DNA of 64,000 bases from Trypanosoma brucei (Eukaryota), in NCBI GenBank assembly GCA_000002445.1, contig CP000071.1:1664001-1728000 (forward strand). Reading direction: 5' to 3'. The notes beneath the pieces are model-generated. The model saw only the letters and a list, made by a program, of their open reading frames with translations. It was not told where the DNA came from and did not search any database. Made by a program: the position numbers and the translations under genes. Of this stretch, positions 44,115 through 55,200 are shown piece after piece (position 1 is the first letter of the stretch; every line of letters begins with the position of its first letter).

Positions 44115-46008
44115 ACCTCTGCTGAGAGACTAAGTGATGGTGTTCTAATCTGTTTATTATCAATCGATCCGCGTACATATATATATATGTTGGTGTGTAC
44201 ATAAAGGTGAATAGGAAAATGGAAGTTAAGTAATTTATTACAAGTGATGGGTAGGGGACTGCATCCAATGCACGCGTAGGTACGCATACTCACGCTCACA
44301 TATGTAGAGGGAAAAAACAAAAAAAGAGGCGGAGGAACATGGACATGCGCGACAGTGGTGAAAATGAATGGAGAGGATCGACCTCAAGGACGATCGAAAA
44401 GGGAACGCGTTATAAAAGGTGTTGCGAACCTTTGCAGGGAGTAGTTATGAACTTCGGTTTTCACTTTGAGTCAATTAGTTCGGCTTTTTTTTGTCGGGTT
44501 GCCGTCACCCCTGTATGAGGGTGGTTGCAATATGAAGGTGGTAAAGATTTAGTGCATACGGTACTGCTCGGTACAAGTTTCTTTCCACTATGTGCCTGTG
44601 TGTATGAATTGTGTTTTTTAAAAGCAATATGCACCTCTACGTTACTTTCATTTGGTTGCCCCCCTCCCAACTTTTTCCTCCCTGTACTGTTGTTCAGACA
44701 CTTGCGAAACGCTTTCATTTGCCCATCCCCACATTCACCCCCCTTAGTCAAACATCTCGAACCTTTTGTTATCACCTTTCTTTTCTTTTTTTTTCCAATC
44801 TACACTACCTGGCACCTTTAAAGAGTGGGGAAAGGGGGCTTTTCTTCCCTTCTCTCTCTTCCGGTGTCACTTTCTCCTTTTTTTTCTTACGTTTGTTCCG
44901 TGCGAATCCCCTCGCACGTGGGGCGGACCGTTTGTCTGCTCATTTCTTTATTCCTTTCCCCGTCGTCAGAGACGGTGAGCGCATGTGTCGGAACGTGGCG
45001 TGCCAACTTGCGTATGAATGGTTGGATGGGAATTTCTTCGGTAGAATAATGGAAGAGAATGTTCTAGAGGGAAGTGTGTACTCAAACACTACCTTCCGCT
45101 GAATATGAAGCGGAATGGGCTTATGTCGAAGAGGGCGAGAGTGTAGGGGTGAGTGAAAGCGAGAGTATTTTTCAATCAAACCATTTAGGAAAGCGGTGTG
45201 CGATTAAAAGTGCGATTGACTGGGGGGAAAAATGGGGGAGGGAATGGGGTTGAAGGATACATTAATAACAAGAGAACGCAAAGGATATCAAATGGGATGA
45301 ATGGTGGAGGCTATACTTGTGAAGTCATCGAAACTGTGTGGAGAAAAGAAAACTGATAAGGAGAGGAAACGACAGAATCAGATGATACTGAATGCGAGAA
45401 GAGTGAAAAGGACAGGGGAACAAACAGAAATGTGCGAGATTATCTCAAATTGGACTGAGATTACACGACAGAGAAGAGGAAAAAGATAGTTTTGGTTTTC
45501 AGTTGGCTCAAGGGGCATTGGCGGAAACAGAAACAGAAACTGTTGTGGCTGTGGCTGCGGGTCCCGCTACAACTTCTGTCTCTTTCGGGGTACACCACTC
45601 CGTTTCCTCCAGTCACCTTTTGCTTTCATTTAATAAAACAGTCAAACAGTGGAGGCCTTGTGTATCGTGTTTATTTGCGGCCAACATTGCTTCCATTACC
45701 GTGAACCCTCCTTCCTTTCCCCTTCTACTCCCTCCCTCCCTCCCGTTGTCCGTTTTGTGTCTGTTCTTTCAATTTTACTGCAACCTGGGCTAACGTTACT
45801 ATAATTTACCCAGTCCTACTCCCCGCACCCTGACTTTCCTCGCCTACCCATATAGGGCATTTTTCGTTTTCTCCCCTCCTCCTTTGCGTCTGTAGCTGCA
45901 TCATCACTATATTTGTGTCCTCACGCTTGCCACCTTGTCCATTGTTACTTGTCACTTTTCTCCCCTAAACCACCAGTCGCTGTTTTTTTTTGTTTTTGCG
46001 GTGTAGTA

Positions 46009-46485
46009 ATGAAACACAAAGATGCTCGCGGTGGTTCGACACCGTACTTTGCCATAACGAATAACAAGACAGGCGAAGTGTTGTTGGAGGTAGCGGGGCC
46101 GCTTCCACCCACCGCGGCGTCTCCTCCCCCCGTGGAAGAGGAGTGCTGTGGTCTTTTCAACGATGCCCTTATCTTCATAACAGAGGTTCAGACGAGGAGC
46201 TACGATTTGTTCGGTCGCATTGTGGCAAAACCGACTGAGTCCCATTCAACCTCCAGCGCCTCGGCGGGCGCCGCTAAACCGCGGGATCGCTTCATGGAGG
46301 CGATAATTCCCGAGGAGGCAACAAATTCAAGTGTAATAAATTCGGCGGAGTGGGAAGTTGATGGTGAGGATGACGGTGTTAATGACGAATGCGACCAGTT
46401 TAGCACAAATAGCGGTGACGCCGGCACTGGGGTTGATTGTAACATCTTTGCAGTCGGCCCGCCGCCAAAAAGAGTGAAGAAGTGA
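46009..46485 (+). CDS. Hypothetical acidic protein of about 158 aa with a C-terminal basic PPPKRVKK tail that may be an NLS.
   Basis: It lies on the coding strand. It is preceded by a long pyrimidine-rich block (45560-46000), and the first ATG is at 46009. Its composition is acidic (DGEDDGVNDECD). I recognised no domain. Confidence 0.4.
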   Translation: MKHKDARGGSTPYFAITNNKTGEVLLEVAGPLPPTAASPPPVEEECCGLFNDALIFITEVQTRSYDLFGRIVAKPTESHSTSSASAGAAKPRDRFMEAIIPEEATNSSVINSAEWEVDGEDDGVNDECDQFSTNSGDAGTGVDCNIFAVGPPPKRVKK

Positions 46486-46892
46486 TTGAGTCTGCAGAAG
46501 CCTCTGAGGTAAGTGGTGAGTGACCTGCAGATTTTTTTTTGTGAGGTACGTACGCTGCAGATGCGCTGAGGACAATATCATCGCCTTCTCCTTTTTGGTA
46601 TGCGGAGGAGGGTCACTCAAGTTGAGGTTCATGTGAAGGGGAATGAAAATGTGTGCATGTGGAAACTTCTCTTTCTTGCTCATGCGTGTCTGTAAACTAT
46701 TACAGCGATGACCGTACTCTTGCTGATTGCTCAGCAACGTCGGTAGTGGGCACCTTGTTCCTCTGATATCATCCGCTAGTTTGTGAATGTTGCGCAGTGT
46801 GCCCACCCGATGCGTCACTTAGCTCCTCTTTTTCTATGCACGCCCTTGTACATTTTGGAAATGAAGGATGGTTAGTTTCCACCTGCACTTGG

Positions 46893-47750
46893 ATGACTGA
46901 GGAGTATGTCCACACGGTTGTAGCGGGTACAATATCTGGCGCGGCTGGTGTATTGCTAGAGTACCCACTCGACACCATAAAGGTTCGGCTGCAAATGGGT
47001 GGTGGTCGTTACACCGGGTACTTCAATTGTGCATCGCGCATGATACAAGAGGAGGGTACACTTTCTTTGTACAGTGGAGTCTCCACACGCATTGTGGGCT
47101 CTGCCTTCGAGCACGCCGTTGTGTTCTCCTCGTATAAGTGGACGCTTAGAGCTGTCGGGACAGATGAACAGCATCCAAGAGTGTGGCAGATCGCACTTGG
47201 CGGAGTTGGTGGTGGGGCCATGTCTACTGTTTTGCTCACACCACTAGAACTGGTCAAGTGCCGTATGCAGGTGGCAAACGTGCAACCCGGTGCAAAGTGG
47301 CGAAACGGCAGCGTCGCCGACTGTGCTGCAAGTATTGTGCGTGAGGGTGGGCTAACGGCACTTTACAAAGGTGGGCTTGCGATGTTGGCAAGGGAAATCC
47401 CGGGAACGGCAGCATATTGCGGCACGTATGATAAACTGAAAGAGTTTCTCACACCAGAAGGGGGTTCAACCGCAAATTTGTCGATTTGGAGTTTAATGTT
47501 TGCCGGTGGATGTAGTGGTGTTGCCTTTTGGACCATATTTTTCCCTGCTGATGTGGCCAAGACGAGGATGCAAGTGGACCCCGCTTTCGCTAAAGTGGGA
47601 TTCTTGGAGGCCCTTCGCCGCATATACATAGAAGGGGGCATGCGACTGCTCTACCGGGGCTGGACGGGCACAGCTGTGCGTGCATTTCCGTCTAATGCGC
47701 TAATATTTGCGGTGTTTGATTTAACCATGTACGCCCTCACCAGGGATTAG
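46893..47750 (+). CDS. Mitochondrial carrier family (SLC25) protein, of the carnitine / basic-amino-acid carrier subtype.
   Basis: Three carrier signatures: PLDTIKVRLQ, PLELVKCRMQ and PADVAKTRMQ (Px[DE]xx[KR]x[RK]). It has a six-helix organisation and is about 286 aa from the ATG at 46893. The ORF-track ORF begins at 46797. Confidence 0.88.
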   Translation: MTEEYVHTVVAGTISGAAGVLLEYPLDTIKVRLQMGGGRYTGYFNCASRMIQEEGTLSLYSGVSTRIVGSAFEHAVVFSSYKWTLRAVGTDEQHPRVWQIALGGVGGGAMSTVLLTPLELVKCRMQVANVQPGAKWRNGSVADCAASIVREGGLTALYKGGLAMLAREIPGTAAYCGTYDKLKEFLTPEGGSTANLSIWSLMFAGGCSGVAFWTIFFPADVAKTRMQVDPAFAKVGFLEALRRIYIEGGMRLLYRGWTGTAVRAFPSNALIFAVFDLTMYALTRD

Positions 47751-48207
47751 TGCGCCTAAGGGGAAGGAGACATTACCAGCGCCACTTGCTGGGCTGGCTC
47801 CTGCAAAGGCGAAGATGCGTGAGTTAACTTTTCTGCATCGCCAATCGATGTGGCCCATGTAAACTTTGTCGCGACCCACATTCGGTGGCACACCTTTCTT
47901 TTTCCATTTCCATTCCCTTGCGACACCACGAACGGGGGCCGTGAATCGTCGAATGGCAGAATATTGTGGCCCTTTTCGATTTGTCCGTGGAGTGTTGAGA
48001 CGCCTACTCGTACTTTATGGTCTGCAGTATCATTGCTGCGTTTTTTTTTTCCTTCATCCGTGCACTCGTGGTACCCTGTCAAATTACACTTCTATGCCCA
48101 CTCTTGTTTGTTCTCGCATTATATTCCCACAAAATGAATACTGAAGCAACAGCCACGTTAACAACTGGTGAGCACTAAAACTCTTTTTTTTTCCCCTTGC
48201 GACCCGT

Positions 48208-49344
48208 ATGGAGCATGAGAGGGGGAGTGGGCTCACTTTGGCGCCGATGAAGAAGAAGCGAGGTCAACACCAACAACATGCCATACCAGGTAGTCAGAAG
48301 CGTGTAACTGGCACTCGCATCAAAAGAGGTCTCGATGAATTGTACAATCTGGATGCGGTGCCTCAGCAACAATCACAGGAAAGTCAACCTTCGCCTGGGC
48401 GAGTAAGCAAATGTAACGACAGGGGAAAGGGGAAAAGCTCCAAGGCCTCCTCTACGGCCGAAAATCCTTTGATGCGAAGTGCGGTACAAGGGATATCTAC
48501 TAATGGTGAAAAGACTGCTGTATCGGTGGCACAGAGGAAGGAAGATGACGGACCCATTGTGGCAACTGCAATTATAAAAATGGCTGATACTTCTGAGTAC
48601 TGTGGAAGTTCACCTCCCACCGTATTTGGCTACAATTGGGAAGAGTGGAAAAGTGTCAAACAACACCTGTTCAACCCAACGGAGACGGCTGGTTCGGCGG
48701 CGGCGCGGCGCAAGGCACTCGACCACATTGAGCTTGTGTGGAAGGCTCGCGCCCGTGAGGGTCGACCACTTCCTTCCTATGTGGAATCAACAGCAATGTT
48801 ATTGGAAGCTGTTTCGCTTGATGAGAGCAACAAGATGTCATCAATAGCAATTACAGCACTCTACGGTGCCGTGATATCCCGAGCTGTCCACGTAATGACG
48901 GGTGAATTCGCGCGAGGCGCAGACGACACGTATCGAAAGAGAGCTCAGGCGATTGGCTTCCCTGAAGAAGCAGTGGAAGTACGTCAACGTGTGTCACACG
49001 GCGCTTTACCGTTATTAACGGAGTTACGCTGGGTTTGTGGATTGGTGTTGCAGTTCCTGTTTCATAACTACTGGTTAGAACAGGAACGGCATTTGCACTG
49101 TATGGAACAAGAGGAAAAGGAGGCAGAGGTGGAGGTGGAGAAAGTGAACAAAAATACAAGGGACGCACATAAAGTTGTATCCAACCACGCAACAGTGGAG
49201 GAGATGCGTTGGCTTCTTGATGCGCTTAGCGATGATTGTGAGGAAGACGAAGATACTCCGGGTGGAGATTCGTGTGAAGAATGTACTAACGACGGTTTTC
49301 ATGATGCTGATACAATCCGTGTAGGTGATTGGACGCTCTCTTAG
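48208..49344 (+). CDS. Las1-like HEPN-domain protein, a candidate pre-rRNA ITS2 endonuclease subunit, 378 aa.
   Basis: WEEWKSVKQHLFNPTE..ARRKALDHIELVWKARAREGRPLPSYVESTAMLLEAV is collinear with the yeast Las1 N-terminus VPWRDFAELEELKLWFY..KRQRAVQRVQSYRLKGSQYLPHVVDSTAQITCAVLLDE. RQRVSHGALPLLTELRWVCGLVLQFLFHNYW aligns with RHWGTHERDLPGLEMLRWAANEALSWLYDHYW. The HEPN R-x4-H motif (R..RVSH) is at about 48979-48996. There is a basic N-terminal extension. Confidence 0.65.
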   Translation: MEHERGSGLTLAPMKKKRGQHQQHAIPGSQKRVTGTRIKRGLDELYNLDAVPQQQSQESQPSPGRVSKCNDRGKGKSSKASSTAENPLMRSAVQGISTNGEKTAVSVAQRKEDDGPIVATAIIKMADTSEYCGSSPPTVFGYNWEEWKSVKQHLFNPTETAGSAAARRKALDHIELVWKARAREGRPLPSYVESTAMLLEAVSLDESNKMSSIAITALYGAVISRAVHVMTGEFARGADDTYRKRAQAIGFPEEAVEVRQRVSHGALPLLTELRWVCGLVLQFLFHNYWLEQERHLHCMEQEEKEAEVEVEKVNKNTRDAHKVVSNHATVEEMRWLLDALSDDCEEDEDTPGGDSCEECTNDGFHDADTIRVGDWTLS

Positions 49345-49777
49345 TTGAATAGTTGAATCTAACCGGAGACATGACGCACTGTGTGGGGTTTATATTTCGT
49401 TTAAGCGCTCCTTCACTGTGCAGCACCGAACACACGGTGGAAAAAAAACGATAATCTTAAGAATTTAAGAGTATTTGGGCTGGTAATGTTTGTTTGCTAC
49501 ACAAGGTTCAACCACGGCTTCTCATCTCAACTGTTTTTTTTTCTATTCCATTCCCTTTTAATTTTAGCATTGCTCGTTAGGAGATATCATAGTGGTGTCC
49601 AACACACGGTAGAAAGCTGTGCGGGCTGCATCGAAGAGGTTGACGTCATATAAATCCCAAAGCCACGCGCGTAGTGGCCGGTCAGGTTAAAAATAGAAAA
49701 AGACATCTTGGAAAGGAGGGAGGAAACAGAAAAGGCACGGCGAGGAGAGTACACTAACTGACAACCAGAAGGTAGCT

Positions 49778-50812
49778 ATGGAGTTCGTTGCAGAGGCACA
49801 TGGTTACCTCATCACGGGGTTAGCGCTGGATTCTCAGGGCGATCTGTTTGCTATTTGCTCATGCAGTGGTGAACTGCTACGGCTGAACAAGGAAGAAAAT
49901 ACGCTAGTTTCCATTATGGCCACAGAGGCATCACCGTATAACATAGCTATCGAGCCCAACAGCGGTAGCGTATTTATTACCGATCGCTCCGAGAACGCTA
50001 TACTTAAGCTGGAGGACGCAGCTACTGTTAGGGCTGAGCAAGAACTTAGAGAGGGAAAGGACCAGGAATCTCAGGCTGCATATACTACAGTGCAGTATCT
50101 TAACGCATTTGAGGGTCGTTCGTTCCTTGGCCCCACTGCCATTGCCTTCAGCCCTAGCGGGGAACTATTCTTCACTGATGCTGGAGCAGAAGGGGACTCC
50201 TCCTTTTCCGACCCCGTGGGGGCTGTTTATCGCACGACGATGAATCATGAACACCTCGTACCGATCTGCACGCGCGGTCTCATACGTCCTTCTGCAATCG
50301 CCGTCGCACCCGACAACAGCGTGTACGTGTGCGAACAGGGCACAAATCGTGTCCTGCGTTTCGTGCAGCGAAGTACGTTCTATGTTGGCAATGTGTTTGC
50401 GCAGTTGCAAGGCGGCATGGGACCAAGGGCCATCGCAGTAAGTCCACGAGACGGTTCCGTGTTTGTCGCACAATATGACATCAGCGCCGTAGAAGCGCCA
50501 ACTGAGGAAGGCGAAAGCGAAAAGGGGAACGAGGACGCTGGCGAAGGCGAAGGTGGGGACGACGGCAAGGTCCAGAACCAGAGCGCGCTCGAAAGTGCGG
50601 GTGAAGGAGGAATCATCACGGTGCTTGGAAGGGACGGGGATGTGCGGGGAATTGTGCGCACAATGCGGCCCTGCATAACTGCAATAGCACTGGATGCGAG
50701 TGGTGAAACGCTGTACGTCATGGAAGGAGATGAGGCGAACGGTAGTTCTAAGTTGTATAAACTGCAGGTTCTTCCTTTGGACGACCAGCAGTGTGGGGGT
50801 CAAGCGGAGTGA
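49778..50812 (+). CDS. Six-bladed beta-propeller protein (NHL-repeat / SMP-30-gluconolactonase-like) with an acidic insert.
   Basis: Repeating blade-like segments: GLALDSQGDLFAIC, PYNIAIEPNSGSVFITD, PTAIAFSPSGELFFTD, PSAIAVAPDNSVYVCE, PRAIAVSPRDGSVFVAQ and ITAIALDASGETLYVME. An E/G-rich insert spans about 50500-50600. Confidence 0.7.
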   Translation: MEFVAEAHGYLITGLALDSQGDLFAICSCSGELLRLNKEENTLVSIMATEASPYNIAIEPNSGSVFITDRSENAILKLEDAATVRAEQELREGKDQESQAAYTTVQYLNAFEGRSFLGPTAIAFSPSGELFFTDAGAEGDSSFSDPVGAVYRTTMNHEHLVPICTRGLIRPSAIAVAPDNSVYVCEQGTNRVLRFVQRSTFYVGNVFAQLQGGMGPRAIAVSPRDGSVFVAQYDISAVEAPTEEGESEKGNEDAGEGEGGDDGKVQNQSALESAGEGGIITVLGRDGDVRGIVRTMRPCITAIALDASGETLYVMEGDEANGSSKLYKLQVLPLDDQQCGGQAE

Positions 50813-51164
50813 TGTACCAAATAAATGGAATGTTTATTCCCATTCGGCACTCATATTTATTTATTATTTTTGTGCATGTACAGAGAGAAAACAAAAGTTG
50901 AGGGATCCCCCATGCAGAGTTTTGGGCACCTCCAACTAGACGAGAGCACTAATATCAGCAGTGGTGTTTTCATTAGAACGTGTCAGCTCGACGTTCCTGC
51001 AACTTGGCCCTCTTTTAATCTCAATCCACCTTTACTGAGGAACGCTTCTATCCCACCGCTCACTTGCTTGTGGGCCCGTCAACCCTCGCTCTACCTCCCC
51101 TTCCCCCCCCTTCCACACGTTTACCTGTTTCATTGCCTCATCATATACTTGATTAGCAGATCCA

Positions 51165-51758
51165 ATGGGGGAACAGGATGGGCTGAACAAGAAACCTCAT
51201 TCTCATACCAGGGGTCGCGGCATCCTTCAACATAACAGCAGCCGCCGAGGGCCCCCTCTCGGACAGAATAGTACTAACAATAGAATCAGAGGAGGCTTCA
51301 AGGCAAATAGGGGGCGCTCCAGCACTTTCTCGTCACGTGGGGGTCAAGTGCCGGACGGCACGGTTCCAGCTGCGTACATTTCCCCCTTCCAAGCGTCGCG
51401 GCCGCAGAGCGGGCAGCATTCCGCCTCCGTTGTGCGCACAAGTGTTTCAGGACCCTCGCAGCAGCAAATACTCTTTTATTCCAGCGTCCAACGGCGCGGG
51501 GGTGTCTTTACCAAGACGGCACACGAGACCACCGCACAACTTGCGCGCACGGGCGTTCTCCCTAATTCGACCGCATTCCGCAAGCGGGCCCGTCACGCCA
51601 TGGAAAGCAACGGAGATAAACCAGAAACCCTTGAGGAACGTTTTTCCAACTTGCAATCGGAGAAAACGGAGGTGGAGCTGCGCCAGGCGAAGAAACTTGT
51701 GAAGCGGAGCGGCATCAATCGCTTTGAGGACTGTGACAGCGACGGCGCGGATACATAA
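51165..51758 (+). CDS. Hypothetical RG/S-rich protein of 197 aa.
   Basis: It lies on the coding strand of the array. It has low-complexity RGG/SR-rich composition and a C-terminal acidic CDSDGADT. I recognised no domain. Confidence 0.4.
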   Translation: MGEQDGLNKKPHSHTRGRGILQHNSSRRGPPLGQNSTNNRIRGGFKANRGRSSTFSSRGGQVPDGTVPAAYISPFQASRPQSGQHSASVVRTSVSGPSQQQILFYSSVQRRGGVFTKTAHETTAQLARTGVLPNSTAFRKRARHAMESNGDKPETLEERFSNLQSEKTEVELRQAKKLVKRSGINRFEDCDSDGADT

Positions 51759-52269
51759 AAGGAAGTTCTTTCCTGTACCTGGTTCCAAGATTGATGGGGT
51801 AACAGCGTTGTTATTGTACCTTTGGAGCAGTGGTGGATCAGAGAATAAGAAGTCAATGTATCTCTGGCTTGTCCGTATTGTAAATGCCTTCATAACTCTC
51901 TACAGTACCGTTTTGTACCGTCACGAAGCATACGTGCTTCTCTTATATCATTTTTTTTTTCTTGAGTTCGAAGCCACCACGAAGTGAGGGACTACAGAGG
52001 ATTAGTTCTACCCCTTCCCATTCAACTGTCCACGGGCTTTGGAGGGCCATCGTGGCGAGGGGGGCTGAGTTCTAGAGAACGAGTTCCCAGAGTCAGAGGC
52101 CACGGCGCCCTCAGGAGCATTAGTGGGACACACAGCACAAGGAAGACGTAAAGGGGTTGTCGGTAGAATAACTGGAAAAAAAATGGAGCCGGGACCGGAG
52201 TCGACAGGCTTCGACACTTCTAAATTTCTCCAGTTTCTTTTCGCCACACTCTTTCTCTTCGTGTGTGTT

Positions 52270-55200
52270 ATGGTTCTCATCATGTATCAACACAAGCTGC
52301 TCAGCTTCGCCGTTCAGACTGTTCTGCGCTATTGTTTCTTGCCATCAACCTCACGAGTTCACCTGGGCGGTCTTCTTCTGTCTCCTCCCGGATGTCGGAT
52401 ATTCTTCCAGAATTTCTTTTATCAGGACGAGAACATGACACTACGTGTCACGGACGGTTACATTTCTTTTGTTTTTTGGGATTCTTGGTTTGGTGATCCC
52501 TCATGGGCAAAGGTGCGGGATTTCATGATGAAGGATGATCTGAAGGGAACACAGTGCTTGGCAAAGGTGAAAACGAAGTGGGTGCGTGGTGTAATTGTCG
52601 ACGTTGAGCGGTCCAAGCGAAAATTACTCGTGCGTTTGGAAAGCGGGGAGCCGGTTAATAGAGAATCAGACCCCGCTCCTCTAGTCGACGATGAGAGGTT
52701 CAACAATTTGGACTGGGGCTCGGAGCTACATGAGATGGCTGATGTGGACGGTGCCTCAAATTCTGTGGTGGGACACAACGGTGATGAAAACACCAGCCAT
52801 CGTAGCAGCTATAACTTGGAGCATAGTAGAGAAAGTCACAGAACAGTCCCCACCAGGCAGCGGGAGGTGAATGTATCATGTGCATCTATTCCCTCTACTA
52901 GCGCCCGAATGTTCTACGCACCAGATTGCCGTAACAGTGATGCCAATTCGAAAGGGGGTGGCGGTGACGGAAATTACAGCAGTGTTACCGCAGTCCATGT
53001 GGAACCTGAAGTGGGAATCAACGGTGAGCCACCCGAGTCTGTAAAGCTCCTTGACATGAGCTTGGTACGCATCCAAAAAAAATGTGGTAGGGTTCGTGTT
53101 CATCTTAACGGAATGGAACTCACCTTTTACAACGCCACGGGAAACTATCGAAAGAGTGAGACCGTGGAAAGAAGCGAACAGGAGAGGAAGCCGAGGCATA
53201 ACGATTCAGTCTTCAAGAGTTTGTGGGGCATCTTCCGACCCCTTTGCAAAAGTGAGAATGATTCCACCGCTCCACGCGACCCCATGGAAGGGAGAGAACA
53301 GCGGCAGCACGAAGGGCTGGAAAGTGAGGAAGAAATGTCGAGCAGGGTAGAGGATACCGGTGTCGAGGATGTCTTTGACGGTGCGCGCACGCGAGCAACC
53401 GTGGAGCAGCACCGCCGGAAGAACACAAAGAGCATCATGCAACGCTTTTATGACTTCGTTGGGGCGGTGGAAGTGGAACTCTTCACAAGCTACGTGAACA
53501 TTGGCGGTGCTGCCGCCGAGCACCCATATTTCCTCCGTGTTGGGTTTAAGCGGGCTGATGGTCTTAGCTATTTAGCTCAAGAAGGCGTTCCGAGCGTTGA
53601 CATATGCCGTCTCGTCACGGAGGCAACGCTAGAAGAGTTGTGTGTCCGCTGGTTTCCCATGAAAAGTACTGAGGAGCAGCATGAGCCAAGAAGCGTGTGG
53701 GACAAGTGGCGGGATTCTTTCTTGCTATACTGCGAAGGTGTGCCACCAGAGCAAAAACCAGAGCCCCTACTCGACGAGCCCGCCGTCCTGATTAAGGACT
53801 ATGGGACAATCATCGGTGACAAGGAGGAATCATCGGCCCACCTCGTTTACTATCGCGACTTCCCCAACGTTTACGCTGGGGAAGAAGTCAGTTGTCAGTC
53901 TGATTTGCCAAAATCGGGTATTGAACTTCTTATTGATACACCAGACTTGTGCCATGGACCGTGGTCCAATTTTTCTATAATGCAGTTGAAAGAATATTTC
54001 GTACCCAATACATACCAGTCGGTTGAGTCACTCAAATTTGAACTAGGTAAGAAACGACCTCACGGATGCTTTGAGATTTACATCGAGCTCCTACGTGAGA
54101 CGTCTCTCATCATACCGTTTAAGCGGAAGACCATCGCACCTACTCCGCCTTTTGGGTTGTGCGACTCGGGTCGGAAGGGGATGGTAGCTGTAACGCTTGG
54201 GCGTGGTTCATCGTATGTGCAAAAGCTGAAAAATCCCCTCCCCCACGAAGAGAAACAGTGCATGGAGAGCTTACTAACGGGGTTGGATGTGTTGGTTGCG
54301 ACCAATGCGATACAGGAGGAGAGCGCGGTGTGCATGAGCATGGACAAAATTGAGCTTTTCGTTGACAAACTTAGTGACAAACCGTACAATGGGCGCAAAT
54401 TGTGGAACATTCTCCCTGTAATGGAAAATGCAGAGGTGTGGTGGCACATGGATTATATAAGCTTCTTCGGCGACCTCTGTCTTGACTGGCTATTTGTGCC
54501 GCACATGTACCATGGAAAGCCCTTCACAACTGAAGAATACAACACGTATAAGTTATTCGTGGAGGAATTTATACCAACCGTCAGGAGGTTTGAGTGTATC
54601 TTTGCAGGAACTTTCAAAATTCACCTGAATGGTAACATGCACAATGCCATTTACAGCGAAAACATCAATGACAAAGCGGCGAACGTATTCTTAACGCTGT
54701 CCACGAAAACTGGTGGTTACATGTTTGTGACGGTGCCTTCAGATTCGTATCTTCTGAGTTCCGTCACGGAAGTGCGGCGGCCGTTCGAGATATCAGTGTC
54801 AGGCATCGAGCTGTTTCTGTCGGTGCCTCACAGTCACCCGCTGCACGAACTTGTCGACATTTCCAGTCCATTTGGCTGCGTTGACAAACTATTTGTGAAA
54901 GGTATGCACACGGTCAACGTACCCAATCAAACTGTACCACAAGACATGGACCCGATAGATCCCGAGACGGGGCAAAGTAAGTTGAGGAACTATTTGGACT
55001 ACGAATTTGACATAACGGGAGTGCGCGGTCATCTAATGGCGCCGCATATCGCCACTTTCACAGAGTTGTTTGAAAACTTATTTGGAGGTTCCTCATGTGT
55101 AGTGCGACCAGACGAGCTTTTCTGGCCACTGTCCAAAATTCACCCAAAAATTAACACGCCGAAAAACGTCCGTAGTGCCTTCCACACGTACCTTCAGAAG

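Noticed and set aside
43724-44320. 198-aa minus-strand ORF overlapping the PRL phosphatase.
   Set aside because: It is antisense to a gene that aligns end to end with PRL and has low-complexity composition.
50165-50803. 212-aa minus-strand ORF inside the beta-propeller gene.
   Set aside because: It is antisense to a repeat-supported + strand CDS.
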